From an uncultured Gemmatimonadales bacterium (GTDB taxonomy: Bacteria; Gemmatimonadota; Gemmatimonadetes; Gemmatimonadales; GWC2-71-9): a stretch of 64,000 bases of DNA. The stretch covers positions 96,001 to 160,000 of the forward strand of contig CAWCVB010000007.1 in the NCBI GenBank assembly GCA_963798915.1, in the 5' to 3' direction. Positions within the stretch are counted from its first letter, which is position 1, and each line of letters opens with the position of its first letter. This document shows, piece by piece, positions 19,987-29,173 of this stretch. The translations under genes were made by a program, and so were the position numbers. The notes below the pieces were generated by a model. That model worked only from the letters and a program-made list of their open reading frames with translations. It was not told where the DNA came from and did no database searches.

Positions 19987-20822
19987 TCACTTCACGTACA
20001 CACTTTGCGGAACGTATTGCTTGCCGTACTTCTCAAGCTCGCAGACGTAGCTGAGTTCTCGGTACCCGCCGAGCTCGTTCTGCGCCTCCACCGTCCCGAT
20101 CACGAGGAGGCCGTCCTTCGCGACTGTTTCTGTGATACTCGGGTCGGCACCGAAGCGGGCCGTTCAGGAGACTTAAGCTTGGCTTTCACTTGATCTCGGC
20201 AGGTCGCTCGTGCTTTGGCACGCAACTCTGCAGGCAAGTGTTTGCCGAGTAGCGAATCCGTACTCGCTTGTACCGCCAATTCCCGCCTATGCCTTGCCGT
20301 TTCAGCTTCAGCAGACTCTGCTCTGCCGCCGCATGCTCGGATCGCCCGACTGAGGTAAGTCGCCATGGTATCGGCGGTGCCGCGATCACCGGCGAGGATG
20401 TTCAGTGTCTCCTCGAGCCGCGGCCACGCTCCCATGGCTAGGGTCAACGTTCCACGCTGCAAGTTGTCAACGGCGAATCAATGGCTTCGCCCGACGTTGT
20501 GACAGCTTGGGCCAGAAACAGTCCCCTATCGGCCAGACTGCTTCACCTCGACCTTGGGTGCCAGAACCGATAGATCCACTTGGAAGACACGGATGACGGG
20601 CGCGAGTGAATTATCTTGATCTTCGCGGAGTGTCAATCGGCATCCGTCGGCATCCGTAATTCTCTGGTCGAACTTAAATGCGTCCTCATCAACGCTGAAT
20701 GCGGCCTTCCCGTTGGTTAGGAGATAATCACGGAGTAGCTCCGCGGCCTGGGGTGCCGGGGTGGCCGCTTGTGCGACTAGCAGAGTTGGCCAGAAGCTGA
20801 GGAGGTGCCAAGGGTGCCGCAT
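19987..20822 (-). pseudogene. Degraded exported protein with multiple frameshifts
   Basis: Signal-like N-terminus, then CRDQVKAKLKSP and GTVEAQNELGGY..YVC segments in different frames. Confidence 0.55.
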
Positions 20823-20889
20823 ACCAGACCTCAAGGTTGAGTTCCAGATTCTTGAACTAGGATAGCTCGCGTTGATCAGAGCTCTGCCG

Positions 20890-20981
20890 CTGCGTTTGTG
20901 CGGAGCTGCTCACCTCCTCAACGCTGCTGAAGCCGAGCGGTACTGGAACGCTGAATACGCCTGATTTTCGAGACAGTTGCT
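20890..20981 (+). mobile_element. Relic IS110 transposase 3' end and right end, at a second attC R' core
   Basis: Degenerate ..WNAEYA* then TTTTCGAGACAGTTG-CT|AACGAC, matching 16024-16067. Confidence 0.85.
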
Positions 20982-21105
20982 AACGACAGGCAAATCAGCT
21001 GCAAACGACCTGCGAAAACATCAATTCCTTATAGCCTCTGGGAGCGTAGCACGCCAGCGGCGCCTCGGCCGGTCCGCGTTTGCCAGCTGCATTTGCGTGT
21101 TAGAC
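20979..21105 (-). other. attC: attC site
   Basis: gctaac..gcaaatcagctg / cagctgcatttgc..gttagac. Confidence 0.88.
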
Positions 21106-21471
21106 AGCAGGGCCATCGGAGCGCCGGATGCGGATCCGGTCTTCCTCAACGATCCACAGCCGCTGCACGATCGGCTCGGTCGCGAACAGCGGCAGGATCC
21201 GGGCCATGAGCCGCAGCACACGTTCCCGATCCGGCTCGAACGGTCGCAGGACAACGATGCCGGCAGCCTCGGCCGGCGGGTAGGCACGGATATCAGCGAA
21301 ATCGAGATCTAACGTGATGAGGACTCGCTGCTCAGTCTGACACTGAGCGAAGACCATCGCGTCGACCGCTCCTCCAAGCGTCTCATCATAAACCGTATGA
21401 CAATCATGGCCGCCTTGCCGGAGCAAGTCGGCGACTTGGATGGGCACATTTTCATCGATCTTGCAGCGCAT
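21100..21471 (-). CDS. DUF5615-family PIN-like toxin
   Basis: KIDENVP..GHDCHTV..RVLITLDLDFAD. Confidence 0.88.
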   Translation of the reverse strand: MRCKIDENVPIQVADLLRQGGHDCHTVYDETLGGAVDAMVFAQCQTEQRVLITLDLDFADIRAYPPAEAAGIVVLRPFEPDRERVLRLMARILPLFATEPIVQRLWIVEEDRIRIRRSDGPAV

Positions 21472-21485
21472 CAGCGGGCGCGACG

Positions 21486-21713
21486 CTAGGCGGGCAGCGC
21501 GACGACACGTTCCTGCGCGAGGTCAGCCGCGTACGCCAGCGCCGCTTGCACGGCTTCTCGAGTAAGGCTCGGGTAGCTCTGGATGATGGCCTCTGGCGAG
21601 GAGCCCGCCGCCAAGTTGGCCAGCACCACGGCGACAGGGATCCGGGTGCCACGAATGCACGCTTTACCATGGGCGATTGCGGGATCAACTGAGATATGGT
21701 CCTGCCAGCGCAT
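21486..21713 (-). CDS. DUF433-family antitoxin
   Basis: ISVDPAIAHGKACIRGTRIPV..YPSLTREAVQAALAYA. Confidence 0.92.
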   Translation of the reverse strand: MRWQDHISVDPAIAHGKACIRGTRIPVAVVLANLAAGSSPEAIIQSYPSLTREAVQAALAYAADLAQERVVALPA

Positions 21714-21763
21714 GACGTCCTCCTCCGACCGTGACCTCGATGATACTATCAACGTCGGCTGCT

Positions 21764-21823
21764 GTCTAACGGCATGGCGATAAGCGGCGGGTGAAGCCCG
21801 TCCGCTTCATCGCCGGGTTCGCC
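21764..21823 (-). other. attC: Short attC site (60 bp)
   Basis: gtctaac..gcgataagcgg / ccgcttcatcgc..gttcgcc. Confidence 0.82.
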
Positions 21824-21827
21824 GGCA

Positions 21828-22880
21828 TCATCGCATAATGGTCTCGCGCAGCCACCCCAGAAGCTGGTTCAAGTAAAGCTCGGATATCGGACCGCCCGAA
21901 TCCGGCGTCCCAGTCTCCATAAGATGGTCGGCCTGCGGGATCCGCTGAATCGTCACTGCCGGGTTGGAGCGCGTCGCTTGTCGGATATTCGCGATGCTTT
22001 CCTCGACCGGAACCCATGGGTCCGCTTGGGCAAAGAAGAAGGCGATCGGAACCCGAACCCGAGCGAGTGCGGCCAGCGGATCATAGTCCATCTCCGCGTA
22101 CCACTTCGTGAGCCTGGGCTCAGCGGGCAGGTCGCCCCTACCGGGGAGAAAGACCTGGCTGAACCATGGCTCGTGCCGGATGGTCGCGATGGCCTTCTCA
22201 GCATCCGTCCTCGTAGCCCGCCCTCGGTAGTAATCGTTCACCACAGCTCGAATCCGCAGCGCTCGGTCAATGATCTCCGGCGGGTGACCGGCGGCTCGAA
22301 GCGCGGTCGCTGCGGCATAATCCATCTGGCCCGCCGGGCTCACGCCGGGACCGGACACTGAGACGACGAAAGCGATATCGCGTGACATGGTCGCGGCGAG
22401 CGGGCCCAGCCAGCCGCCTTGACTCACTCCCCAGACACCTATCCGCTCAGGGTCGATGTCGCGTCGCGATTTCAGCAGTTCAACTCCGGCGATTCCATCC
22501 GCTGCGAGGTCCTGGAAGGTCGCTGTGTTGAAATCGCCGGTGGACGAACCTGAGCCCCGGCGGTCGAAGATTAAGACGGCGATGCCCGCGGCAGGGAGCG
22601 CGGTGGCAAGATGCTGATACGCATGGAAACTGCGCGTCCCGCCGCCCGCAGCATGGAATACGACCACAGCTGGGTACCGCCCGACCCCAGAGGGAATGTA
22701 CAGGGTGCCCGACAGGTCGATGCTGCCATTGTGAAAGGAAACCTGTTCTGCCGACTCTGCCGAGCGCCCGGCACCGGCTGGATCAGGGGCCGTTCCAAGA
22801 GTCACGAGGGCGCCCAGGATGATGCCTAGCCACATAACGGGGTCACGACCCAGAGAGTGAGTGGTGGCGGGCTTGACCAT
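21828..22880 (-). CDS. Exported alpha/beta hydrolase
   Basis: FDRRGSGSS, WGVSQGG, ADH. Confidence 0.9.
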   Translation of the reverse strand: MVKPATTHSLGRDPVMWLGIILGALVTLGTAPDPAGAGRSAESAEQVSFHNGSIDLSGTLYIPSGVGRYPAVVVFHAAGGGTRSFHAYQHLATALPAAGIAVLIFDRRGSGSSTGDFNTATFQDLAADGIAGVELLKSRRDIDPERIGVWGVSQGGWLGPLAATMSRDIAFVVSVSGPGVSPAGQMDYAAATALRAAGHPPEIIDRALRIRAVVNDYYRGRATRTDAEKAIATIRHEPWFSQVFLPGRGDLPAEPRLTKWYAEMDYDPLAALARVRVPIAFFFAQADPWVPVEESIANIRQATRSNPAVTIQRIPQADHLMETGTPDSGGPISELYLNQLLGWLRETIMR

Positions 22881-22911
22881 TGGTGTCTTCAGGCCTCCGT
22901 CGCGGCTTGCC

Positions 22912-23047
22912 GGCGAACGACAAGCGCTTCAGCTGCGGGGCGGTCGCCCCGTCAGGAATCAAAGTTCAGTCTCGGCCAGACGGGACGCTAGTACCGCACG
23001 GAACCCCGGCCGACGGCCGCCCCGCCAGCTGCAAGCGCAGGTTAGAC
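22912..23047 (-). other. attC: attC site
   Basis: ggcgaac..gcgcttcagc / gctgcaagcgc..gttagac. Confidence 0.85.
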
Positions 23048-23054
23048 CGTTGCT

Positions 23055-23492
23055 CTAGAGGAGCTTTGGAAACAGCTCCTCGAGACGCTCAAATCGGTTA
23101 GATGGCAAGAGCTGCTCGTGCTCATTGACCTTGAAATCGCCGTCTCCGGCCAAGCGAATGCGCTGGTCGCGGATTCGCAGTTCTATCTGCCCACCGGAAA
23201 GTACATAGCCTGCTGAGGGAGAATGATGTAGGAAAACGCCGAACCATCGATGGCCGCTCGCTGACAGTCTCGTGAGCTGATTCTTAGTGAGCCCCCAGAA
23301 GCCGGGATCGCTGGTGCTCTCCTTGACGTAGAGAACAGTCGGACGTGGAACCGTCGCGAGCGCGATGAGGTTGGCGGACCGGCGCGTTCCACCGGACCAC
23401 CGCGAGACGGCGATGCCACGTGCGCAGAGGAGGCGGCTCAGCGATGTCTCGAACTTAGGAACCAGGCGCAGCGCCATTCCTAGACTCCACAT
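23055..23492 (-). CDS. Hypothetical protein, first cassette after attI
   Basis: ORF fills the interval between attI and attC; start uncertain. Confidence 0.7.
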   Translation of the reverse strand: MWSLGMALRLVPKFETSLSRLLCARGIAVSRWSGGTRRSANLIALATVPRPTVLYVKESTSDPGFWGLTKNQLTRLSASGHRWFGVFLHHSPSAGYVLSGGQIELRIRDQRIRLAGDGDFKVNEHEQLLPSNRFERLEELFPKLL

Positions 23493-23514
23493 GCGATTTA
23501 CTTCCGGGCAAGCG

Positions 23515-23581
23515 GTCTAACAAGTATTCGACTGCGAACCTGCAGCCTAAGCCAATAAGCACTATACCGGCCGCAGCCTAA
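23515..23581 (-). other. attI: Putative attI site
   Basis: GTTAGAC (23515-23521) without an attC palindrome, directly 3' of intI; two TTAGGCTGC direct repeats (23542-23550, 23573-23581). Confidence 0.65.
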
Positions 23582-23856
23582 TCCGGGAAGACTGCAAAAC
23601 CTGACCGGCCCAACAAGTCCGCCGGGCTCCGTACCGCCAGCCCACCGCGGTTCAGGACATGGGTATAAAGCATGGTAGTGCTGACATCCCGGTGCCCCAG
23701 CAGTTCCTGCACCGTCCGGATGTCGTAGCCCGCCTCCAGCTGGTGGGTCGCGAAGCTGTGGCGGAAGGTGTGACAGCTTGCCCGCTTGCCAATGCCCGAG
23801 CGCCGCACTGCCTCCGCCCGCTGCACCGCACTCGGATGTAGATGATGCCGCCGCCT
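23578..23856 (-). pseudogene. intI: Integron integrase, C-terminal fragment
   Basis: [13 protein letters not shown] (IntI-specific insert), [41 protein letters not shown]. Confidence 0.92.
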
Positions 23857-23888
23857 TCTTCGGCTGCAAACGCAGATCAGGCGGCGCG

Positions 23889-24593
23889 TTAGTTCTCTTC
23901 AAGCGCCTCTAAAACCGCCCGGGTTGAACAAACGCGTCCAAATACCATGGCGAACGTCTCCAGCGCCGATCGGTGTCGATCGTCGCCTGGAGCGGCACAG
24001 CTGTCTGCAAGAATGATGACGCTGAAGCCGCCATCGGCCAATTCGCGGGCTGCCTGAGTAACGCAAACGTCCGTGGTCACGCCGACAACGAGCACAGTGT
24101 CTACGCCAAGCACGTGGAGCGTTTGATCCAGCCGGGCAGAGTTCAGCGGTCCGCTGGTCGTCTTTGCCAGGACGGGTTCACCTTGCCGGGGAGCGAGGCT
24201 CGCGTGAATCCGCCAACTGTCGTCATCCCGCGGTGGGTACATTGGCGCACCAACCGTCTTCTGGCTCAATTGGTTGAGTTGCCGAGCCCAGCCGGGCAGA
24301 TCCCGCCCGTCACTGCGGAAGGAGCCGAGAGCCGTGAAGTAGATCGGGATTCCCAGTGTGCGACAAGACTTGAGCACTTCCTGGACATTTGGAACTACGG
24401 TAGTTCTGACACGGTCGAAATACGCAGCGGCTGCGTCAGGCTGAAACTTGGCTAGGACCTGGCCGAACGGGAACTCAGGTTCCACGAAATACCGCTGCAT
24501 GTCGACCACAAGCAGGGCGCTACGATCAGGCCGCACACGGAGGGTTTCCTCACCCTTGAGGGCGGCGTATGCTTCAAAGTCGCTGATGTCCAT
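23889..24593 (-). CDS. Isochorismatase-family cysteine hydrolase
   Basis: [17 protein letters not shown]; followed by half attC (R'' 23888-23894). Confidence 0.92.
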   Translation of the reverse strand: MDISDFEAYAALKGEETLRVRPDRSALLVVDMQRYFVEPEFPFGQVLAKFQPDAAAAYFDRVRTTVVPNVQEVLKSCRTLGIPIYFTALGSFRSDGRDLPGWARQLNQLSQKTVGAPMYPPRDDDSWRIHASLAPRQGEPVLAKTTSGPLNSARLDQTLHVLGVDTVLVVGVTTDVCVTQAARELADGGFSVIILADSCAAPGDDRHRSALETFAMVFGRVCSTRAVLEALEEN

Positions 24594-24633
24594 TCCGCAA
24601 TCCTCCCAGATGCAGAGCTCGTTGTTGCCGTCT

Positions 24634-24729
24634 GGTATCTCTGAATCTCACGTCCGCAGCACGTTCTGGATAGGCTGTTAACCCGTTGCGCCTCAGGCTT
24701 CCAGGCCGTTCGTTCGCTTGGACAGGCTA
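24634..24729 (+). mobile_element. Relic IS110 left end (bridge-RNA 5' half) at a third attC-type CT core
   Basis: GCCGT-CT|GGTATCTC...TTCTGGATAGG...AACCCGTTGCGCCT...CCGTTCGTT, homologous to 14917-15003; followed by half attC ending attagac (24783). Confidence 0.8.
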
Positions 24730-24886
24730 TGGTGCCCCAGCCGCAACTTCGCACGCAGAAGCGGCAGCAGGCGCGAATTAGACTGCGACGGGAACGCGGG
24801 GGTGCCGGCTCGGGACCCGGATGCTTGCCTCATCATCCAGTCTTCACTTCAACGGTCCGTCCGCAGGAACCGTTTTCTCGCAAACC

Positions 24887-25063
24887 CTAACGGATTCCCC
24901 CACCTCCGCACGGCAGGCCAATGCGCGCCGCCAAGCAGGCGGTGTCAGCCTGCTCGGCGTCAGCCCCAGCGGACGGTCGCTGGCGCCATACCGCGATCAG
25001 CAGCAATACCAACAGCAGAAGCGCCGCCGCCGAAAACACCACGCTGGTGAAACGCCGATGCAT
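24887..25063 (-). CDS. Small single-TM protein (58 aa)
   Basis: Manual translation MHRRFTSVVFSAAALLLLVLLLIAVWRQ...ACLAARIGLPC; GGAGG RBS. Confidence 0.55.
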   Translation of the reverse strand: MHRRFTSVVFSAAALLLLVLLLIAVWRQRPSAGADAEQADTACLAARIGLPCGGGGIR

Positions 25064-25184
25064 CGCTCGACCTCCCCGCCAGGAAGGTTTGATCCACGCC
25101 GCTCGCCCCGACCCTGCCCGCAGTCCACGTTACCACCCGCCACCGAATCCCGAAACCCGGAGCGCCGAATTACCTTCCCCTGCC

Positions 25185-25586
25185 ATGGAACCCATGACCC
25201 CGGCGCTCCACAGTATCGCCATCTTCGTTACCGACATCCGCGCCGCGCTCGAGTTCTATCGTGATACCCTGGGACTGCCGCTCAGCAAGGCCGGCTCCTT
25301 CGGCGGCGAGTTTCTCGACGGCCCGCCCCATATCGGCGTCCATCCCGCCAATCATCCCGAATCCAAAAAGCTGGTCGGGCGTGAGACCGGTATTACCCTC
25401 CGCGTTCCCGGGCTGCTGCACTACTGCGGCATGCTCCACGAACGCGGCGTCCGCTTCCTCAACGAACCCACCAGGCAGTCCTGGGGGATCATGGCCATGA
25501 TCACCGATCCCGATGGCAACGTGCTGGCCCTCTGGGAGCCGCCCGAGGACCAGAAGGCCGACGACCAGGCCGAGGAGCCAACATGA
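25185..25586 (+). CDS. VOC/glyoxalase-family protein
   Basis: IFVTDIRAALEFYRDTLGL, ITDPDGNVLALWE. Confidence 0.9.
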   Translation: MEPMTPALHSIAIFVTDIRAALEFYRDTLGLPLSKAGSFGGEFLDGPPHIGVHPANHPESKKLVGRETGITLRVPGLLHYCGMLHERGVRFLNEPTRQSWGIMAMITDPDGNVLALWEPPEDQKADDQAEEPT

Positions 25587-26611
25587 CCCGCCGCGGCTTT
25601 GCCAGCGACAACGCCGCCGGCGCCCACCCCGAGGTGCTGGCCGCGCTGGCCCGGGTCAATGACGGCCACGCCCCCGCCTACGGCGCCGACGAGCATACTG
25701 CCCGCGCCGAGGCCCTTATAAGGAAAGAGCTGGGCGAAACCGCCCGCCCCTTCCTGGTCTTTGGCGGCACCGGCGCCAATGTCACGGCGCTCGCCGCCGT
25801 GCTCCAGCCCCACGAGTCGGTGATCTGCGCTGAGACCGCCCATATCAATGTGGATGAGTGCGGAGCGCCGGAGCGCCACGCCGGCTGCAAGCTGGTCCCC
25901 ATCGCCACGCCCGACGGGAAGCTCACCCCCGACCTGGTGCAGCCCGCCATCAAGGGAATCGGCACCGAGCACCACGTGCAGCCGAGGGTGATTTCGATAT
26001 CACAGAGCACGGAATATGGCACGGTATACAACCCGTCCGACCTGTCCGCCCTGTCCGACTTCGCGCATGACAATCGATTGCTGTTGCACGTAGATGGCGC
26101 ACGCCTCGCCAACGCCACGGCTGCCGTCGGCCTCCCGCTCAAGGCCATGACCGCCGACGCGGGCGTGGACCTGCTCTCCTTCGGCGCTACCAAGAACGGC
26201 GCCATTGGCGCCGAGGCGGTGGTCTTCTTCCGGGAAGAGCCAGCCCGGAAATTCAAGTTCATCCGGAAGCAGGGGATGCAGCTCGCCTCCAAGATGCGTT
26301 TCGTCGCCGCCCAGTTCGAGGCGCTGCTGACTGACGAGCTCTGGCTCCGGAGCGCGGCCCACGCCAACGCCATGGCCCGCCGCCTGGCCAATGGAGTCCG
26401 CGGCACCGAGGGCGTCACCATCACCCAGCCGGTGGAAGCCAACGCCGTCTTTGCCATTCTCCCGCCCGATGACATCGCTCGGCTCCAGGAGAAATTCTTC
26501 TTCCATGTGTGGGACGAGCAGAAGCACGAGGTGCGGTGGATGACGGCGTGGGATACCACGGAAGAGGACGTGGATGCGTTTGTGACAGAGATCAGACGGG
26601 TGGGCGGATAG
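25583..26611 (+). CDS. ltaE: Low-specificity L-threonine aldolase
   Basis: FASDN, GGTGAN, HVDGARLANA, SFGATKNG. Confidence 0.92.
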   Translation: MTRRGFASDNAAGAHPEVLAALARVNDGHAPAYGADEHTARAEALIRKELGETARPFLVFGGTGANVTALAAVLQPHESVICAETAHINVDECGAPERHAGCKLVPIATPDGKLTPDLVQPAIKGIGTEHHVQPRVISISQSTEYGTVYNPSDLSALSDFAHDNRLLLHVDGARLANATAAVGLPLKAMTADAGVDLLSFGATKNGAIGAEAVVFFREEPARKFKFIRKQGMQLASKMRFVAAQFEALLTDELWLRSAAHANAMARRLANGVRGTEGVTITQPVEANAVFAILPPDDIARLQEKFFFHVWDEQKHEVRWMTAWDTTEEDVDAFVTEIRRVGG

Positions 26612-26974
26612 TCTCGACGGGCTCCTGACCATCTGCCTTGCCCACGATCCCCTGCGCCACCTTGTCCCCGCGCGTCGCATCCTCCACCAGCTGCCCCTGC
26701 TGCTCCATCCCGTATTCCTCAAACGGCTTGATGCCGGCTCGGCGCCAGTCGTAGGGATCGGTCGCAAGGCCCGCGCGGGAGAGCAGATGCTGCGCCTGCT
26801 CCTTGGCGCCGAGCACATAGTAGCGCACCGGCCCCCACGCGTCGTACTGCCGCACATGCTCCAACTCATGCGCCAGCACCGCCGGGTCATCGGCGCACCA
26901 GTCGGGCAGGAAGATCGGAATGACCCAGTGTCACTCCCCGCCCACGGGAAAGGAAAAGCACGATGCCACGCCAT
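26592..26974 (-). pseudogene. DUF4157-like HExxH protein, frameshifted
   Basis: LAHELEHVRQY; upstream VTLGH / IFLPD segments in shifted frames. Confidence 0.6.
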
Positions 26975-27023
26975 GGGTCGCCCGTGTTTCGGCAGATGGT
27001 CACGGGTCGCGAGTCAAGGAAAC

Positions 27024-28127
27024 TCACTTCCCCAGAAACTCGCCGATCGGCATCAGCGGCTCAAAATGATCGCACACGATCTTGATCGTGGCCAGCATCG
27101 GCACTGCCAGGATGGCGCCCGGCACCCCCCAGACAAACCACCAGAAGGTCACTCCGCTGAAGACCGCCACCGTGTTGAGCGCCAGCCGGTGACCCAGGAT
27201 CATGGGCGAAAGCACGTCGGATTCGGAAATGTGAATGGCAATGAACACCAGCGGGGCGATGAGCGCGTGTGCCGTGCTCTCGAAGGTGATCAGGCTGGCC
27301 ACCAGCAGGATCAGCGCATTCATGATCGGCCCCACGTACGGCACGAAATTGAGCGTCATCGCAACCACGCCCCAGAGCACCGGATTGGGCAACCCCACCA
27401 GCCAGGCGGTGACACCGGTCAGGATGCCCACCGTCAGGTGAATCGTGCTCGTGGTCAGCATGTAGATCGAGATCTGCGCTTCGGTTTCACGCGCGATCTC
27501 CACCGCGCGCCGCTTGTCGCCGAAGCCCGGTAATACCTTGATCAGCTTCTGGAGAAACAGGTCGCCCGAGGCAAGCAGGAAGAACGCCAGGAAGATGACG
27601 ATGACCGCTGCCTCCACCACTGCCCGGGTGCCACCAAAGACCCGGCTGGTCATGCTCGGCTCGGCCACCTGGACCGTCGGCGTCTTCTTCTGCTCCATCC
27701 CGGTGGCCTGCTGCACCTGCTCCGCCGCCTTGGTGACGCGCTCCATCGGTTCGCGAAGCTCGTGCACCCGGCGCTCCAGCTGTTTCATGCTGGTGGGGCC
27801 ACGTGATACCCACTCAGCCGCCGGCGACGCCAGTCGGTACGCGGTAAAACTGACCAGGCCCACCAGCAGCACCATGATGAGCGCCGCCGCAATGCCCCTC
27901 GGCATGCCGGCCCGCTCATGCAGTGCACGAACCACCGGGCCGAAGAGCAGGTTGATCAGTACAGCCATGGCAACGGGAAGGAAGAAGGCCTTGGCAAAGT
28001 GCAGGGTATACAGCATCGCCAGCAGGAACAGCCCCGCCAGCAGAAAGGTCCGCACCCCGGCACTCTGGCCCAGCTCGCGCACAGACTTGTGCAGATCAGG
28101 GATTTCCGGTGGGGATTCGTCGGACAT
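27024..28127 (-). CDS. AI-2E family transporter
   Basis: LNFVPYVGP, WGVPGAILAVP. Confidence 0.92.
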   Translation of the reverse strand: MSDESPPEIPDLHKSVRELGQSAGVRTFLLAGLFLLAMLYTLHFAKAFFLPVAMAVLINLLFGPVVRALHERAGMPRGIAAALIMVLLVGLVSFTAYRLASPAAEWVSRGPTSMKQLERRVHELREPMERVTKAAEQVQQATGMEQKKTPTVQVAEPSMTSRVFGGTRAVVEAAVIVIFLAFFLLASGDLFLQKLIKVLPGFGDKRRAVEIARETEAQISIYMLTTSTIHLTVGILTGVTAWLVGLPNPVLWGVVAMTLNFVPYVGPIMNALILLVASLITFESTAHALIAPLVFIAIHISESDVLSPMILGHRLALNTVAVFSGVTFWWFVWGVPGAILAVPMLATIKIVCDHFEPLMPIGEFLGK

Positions 28128-28249
28128 GCATACCTCGTGAGAGTCGCTGAAGGCTGTGCGACGATACCGCGTTCAGCTTTTTGCGTCCAGCTTCTAGCTC
28201 TTAATCTTTAGCTTCCAGCTTTTCGCCTTTAGCTTTTCGCTTTCAGCTT

Positions 28250-29173
28250 TCAGCCTCCAGCCTCATTCCTCCCCAGCTCTGCCGGCGCCTTCACGCGCCC
28301 CACCGCACCGGCCAGCGCCAGCAGCACCAGCACGTACGGCAGCATGAGGAAAAGCTGGTACGGCACATCGAGACCCAGCGCCTGCAACAGAAACTGCAGC
28401 GCTGTCGCCGCACCGAACAGCAGCGACGCCGCCAGGACACCCACCGGGCTCCATCGGCCAAGCACCACGATCGCGATCGCGACGAAGCCCCGCCCCGCCG
28501 TCATCCGCTCTGCAAAGGTGCCGACCTGGGCCAGCACCAGCGAGCCACCCGCCAAACCGGCCAGCGCTCCACCCAGAATGGTAGCACGACTCCGGACCAG
28601 TGTGATCCGGACTCCAGCCGCGCGGGCGCCCTCCAGGCTCTCTCCCGCCGCGCGCATCGCCAGGCCTTCCCGGCTTCGCTCCAGCAGCCACCATGTGCAC
28701 GGCACCGCCGCAAATGCCAGGTAGGTGGTAAACGGCTGGCGGAAGAGCGCGGCGCCGATGAACGGAAGATCGCTGAGGAAGGGAAGTCGGAGTGGCCCCA
28801 AGGTGGGAAGCGAAAGCGCCGCGCCGGCAGCGCCGAACACGCCGCGGTAGATGGTGCCGGTGAACCCCACAGCCGCCAGGGTGATCGCAGTGCCGGTGAT
28901 GACCTGGTCGGCTTTCCAGCGAATGGCCACCAGCGCAAACACCGTGGAGGCGAGCGCACCAGCCAGCATCGCCGCCAGCAGTCCCGTCCATGCACCGCCC
29001 CACGCCGCCCCCATGGCCGACGCAAGAGCACCCGAAAGCATCGCGCCTTCGATGCCAAGGTTGATGACGCCGGACCGCTCGGCGACGGTCTCTCCCAGGG
29101 CCGCCAGCAGCAGCGGCGTCGCCACCCGCACCGCCGCAGCCAGGAACCCGGCAACCACTGGCTCGAGCGCCAT
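28250..29173 (-). CDS. Nucleoside/sugar ABC transporter permease
   Basis: ERSGVINLGIEG, GRGFVAIAIVVLGRW. Confidence 0.92.
   Translation of the reverse strand: MALEPVVAGFLAAAVRVATPLLLAALGETVAERSGVINLGIEGAMLSGALASAMGAAWGGAWTGLLAAMLAGALASTVFALVAIRWKADQVITGTAITLAAVGFTGTIYRGVFGAAGAALSLPTLGPLRLPFLSDLPFIGAALFRQPFTTYLAFAAVPCTWWLLERSREGLAMRAAGESLEGARAAGVRITLVRSRATILGGALAGLAGGSLVLAQVGTFAERMTAGRGFVAIAIVVLGRWSPVGVLAASLLFGAATALQFLLQALGLDVPYQLFLMLPYVLVLLALAGAVGRVKAPAELGRNEAGG

Noticed and set aside
24885..24891. GTTAGGG as a second attI marking the array boundary
   Set aside because: It coincides with a stop codon and has no supporting L box or repeats; could be chance.
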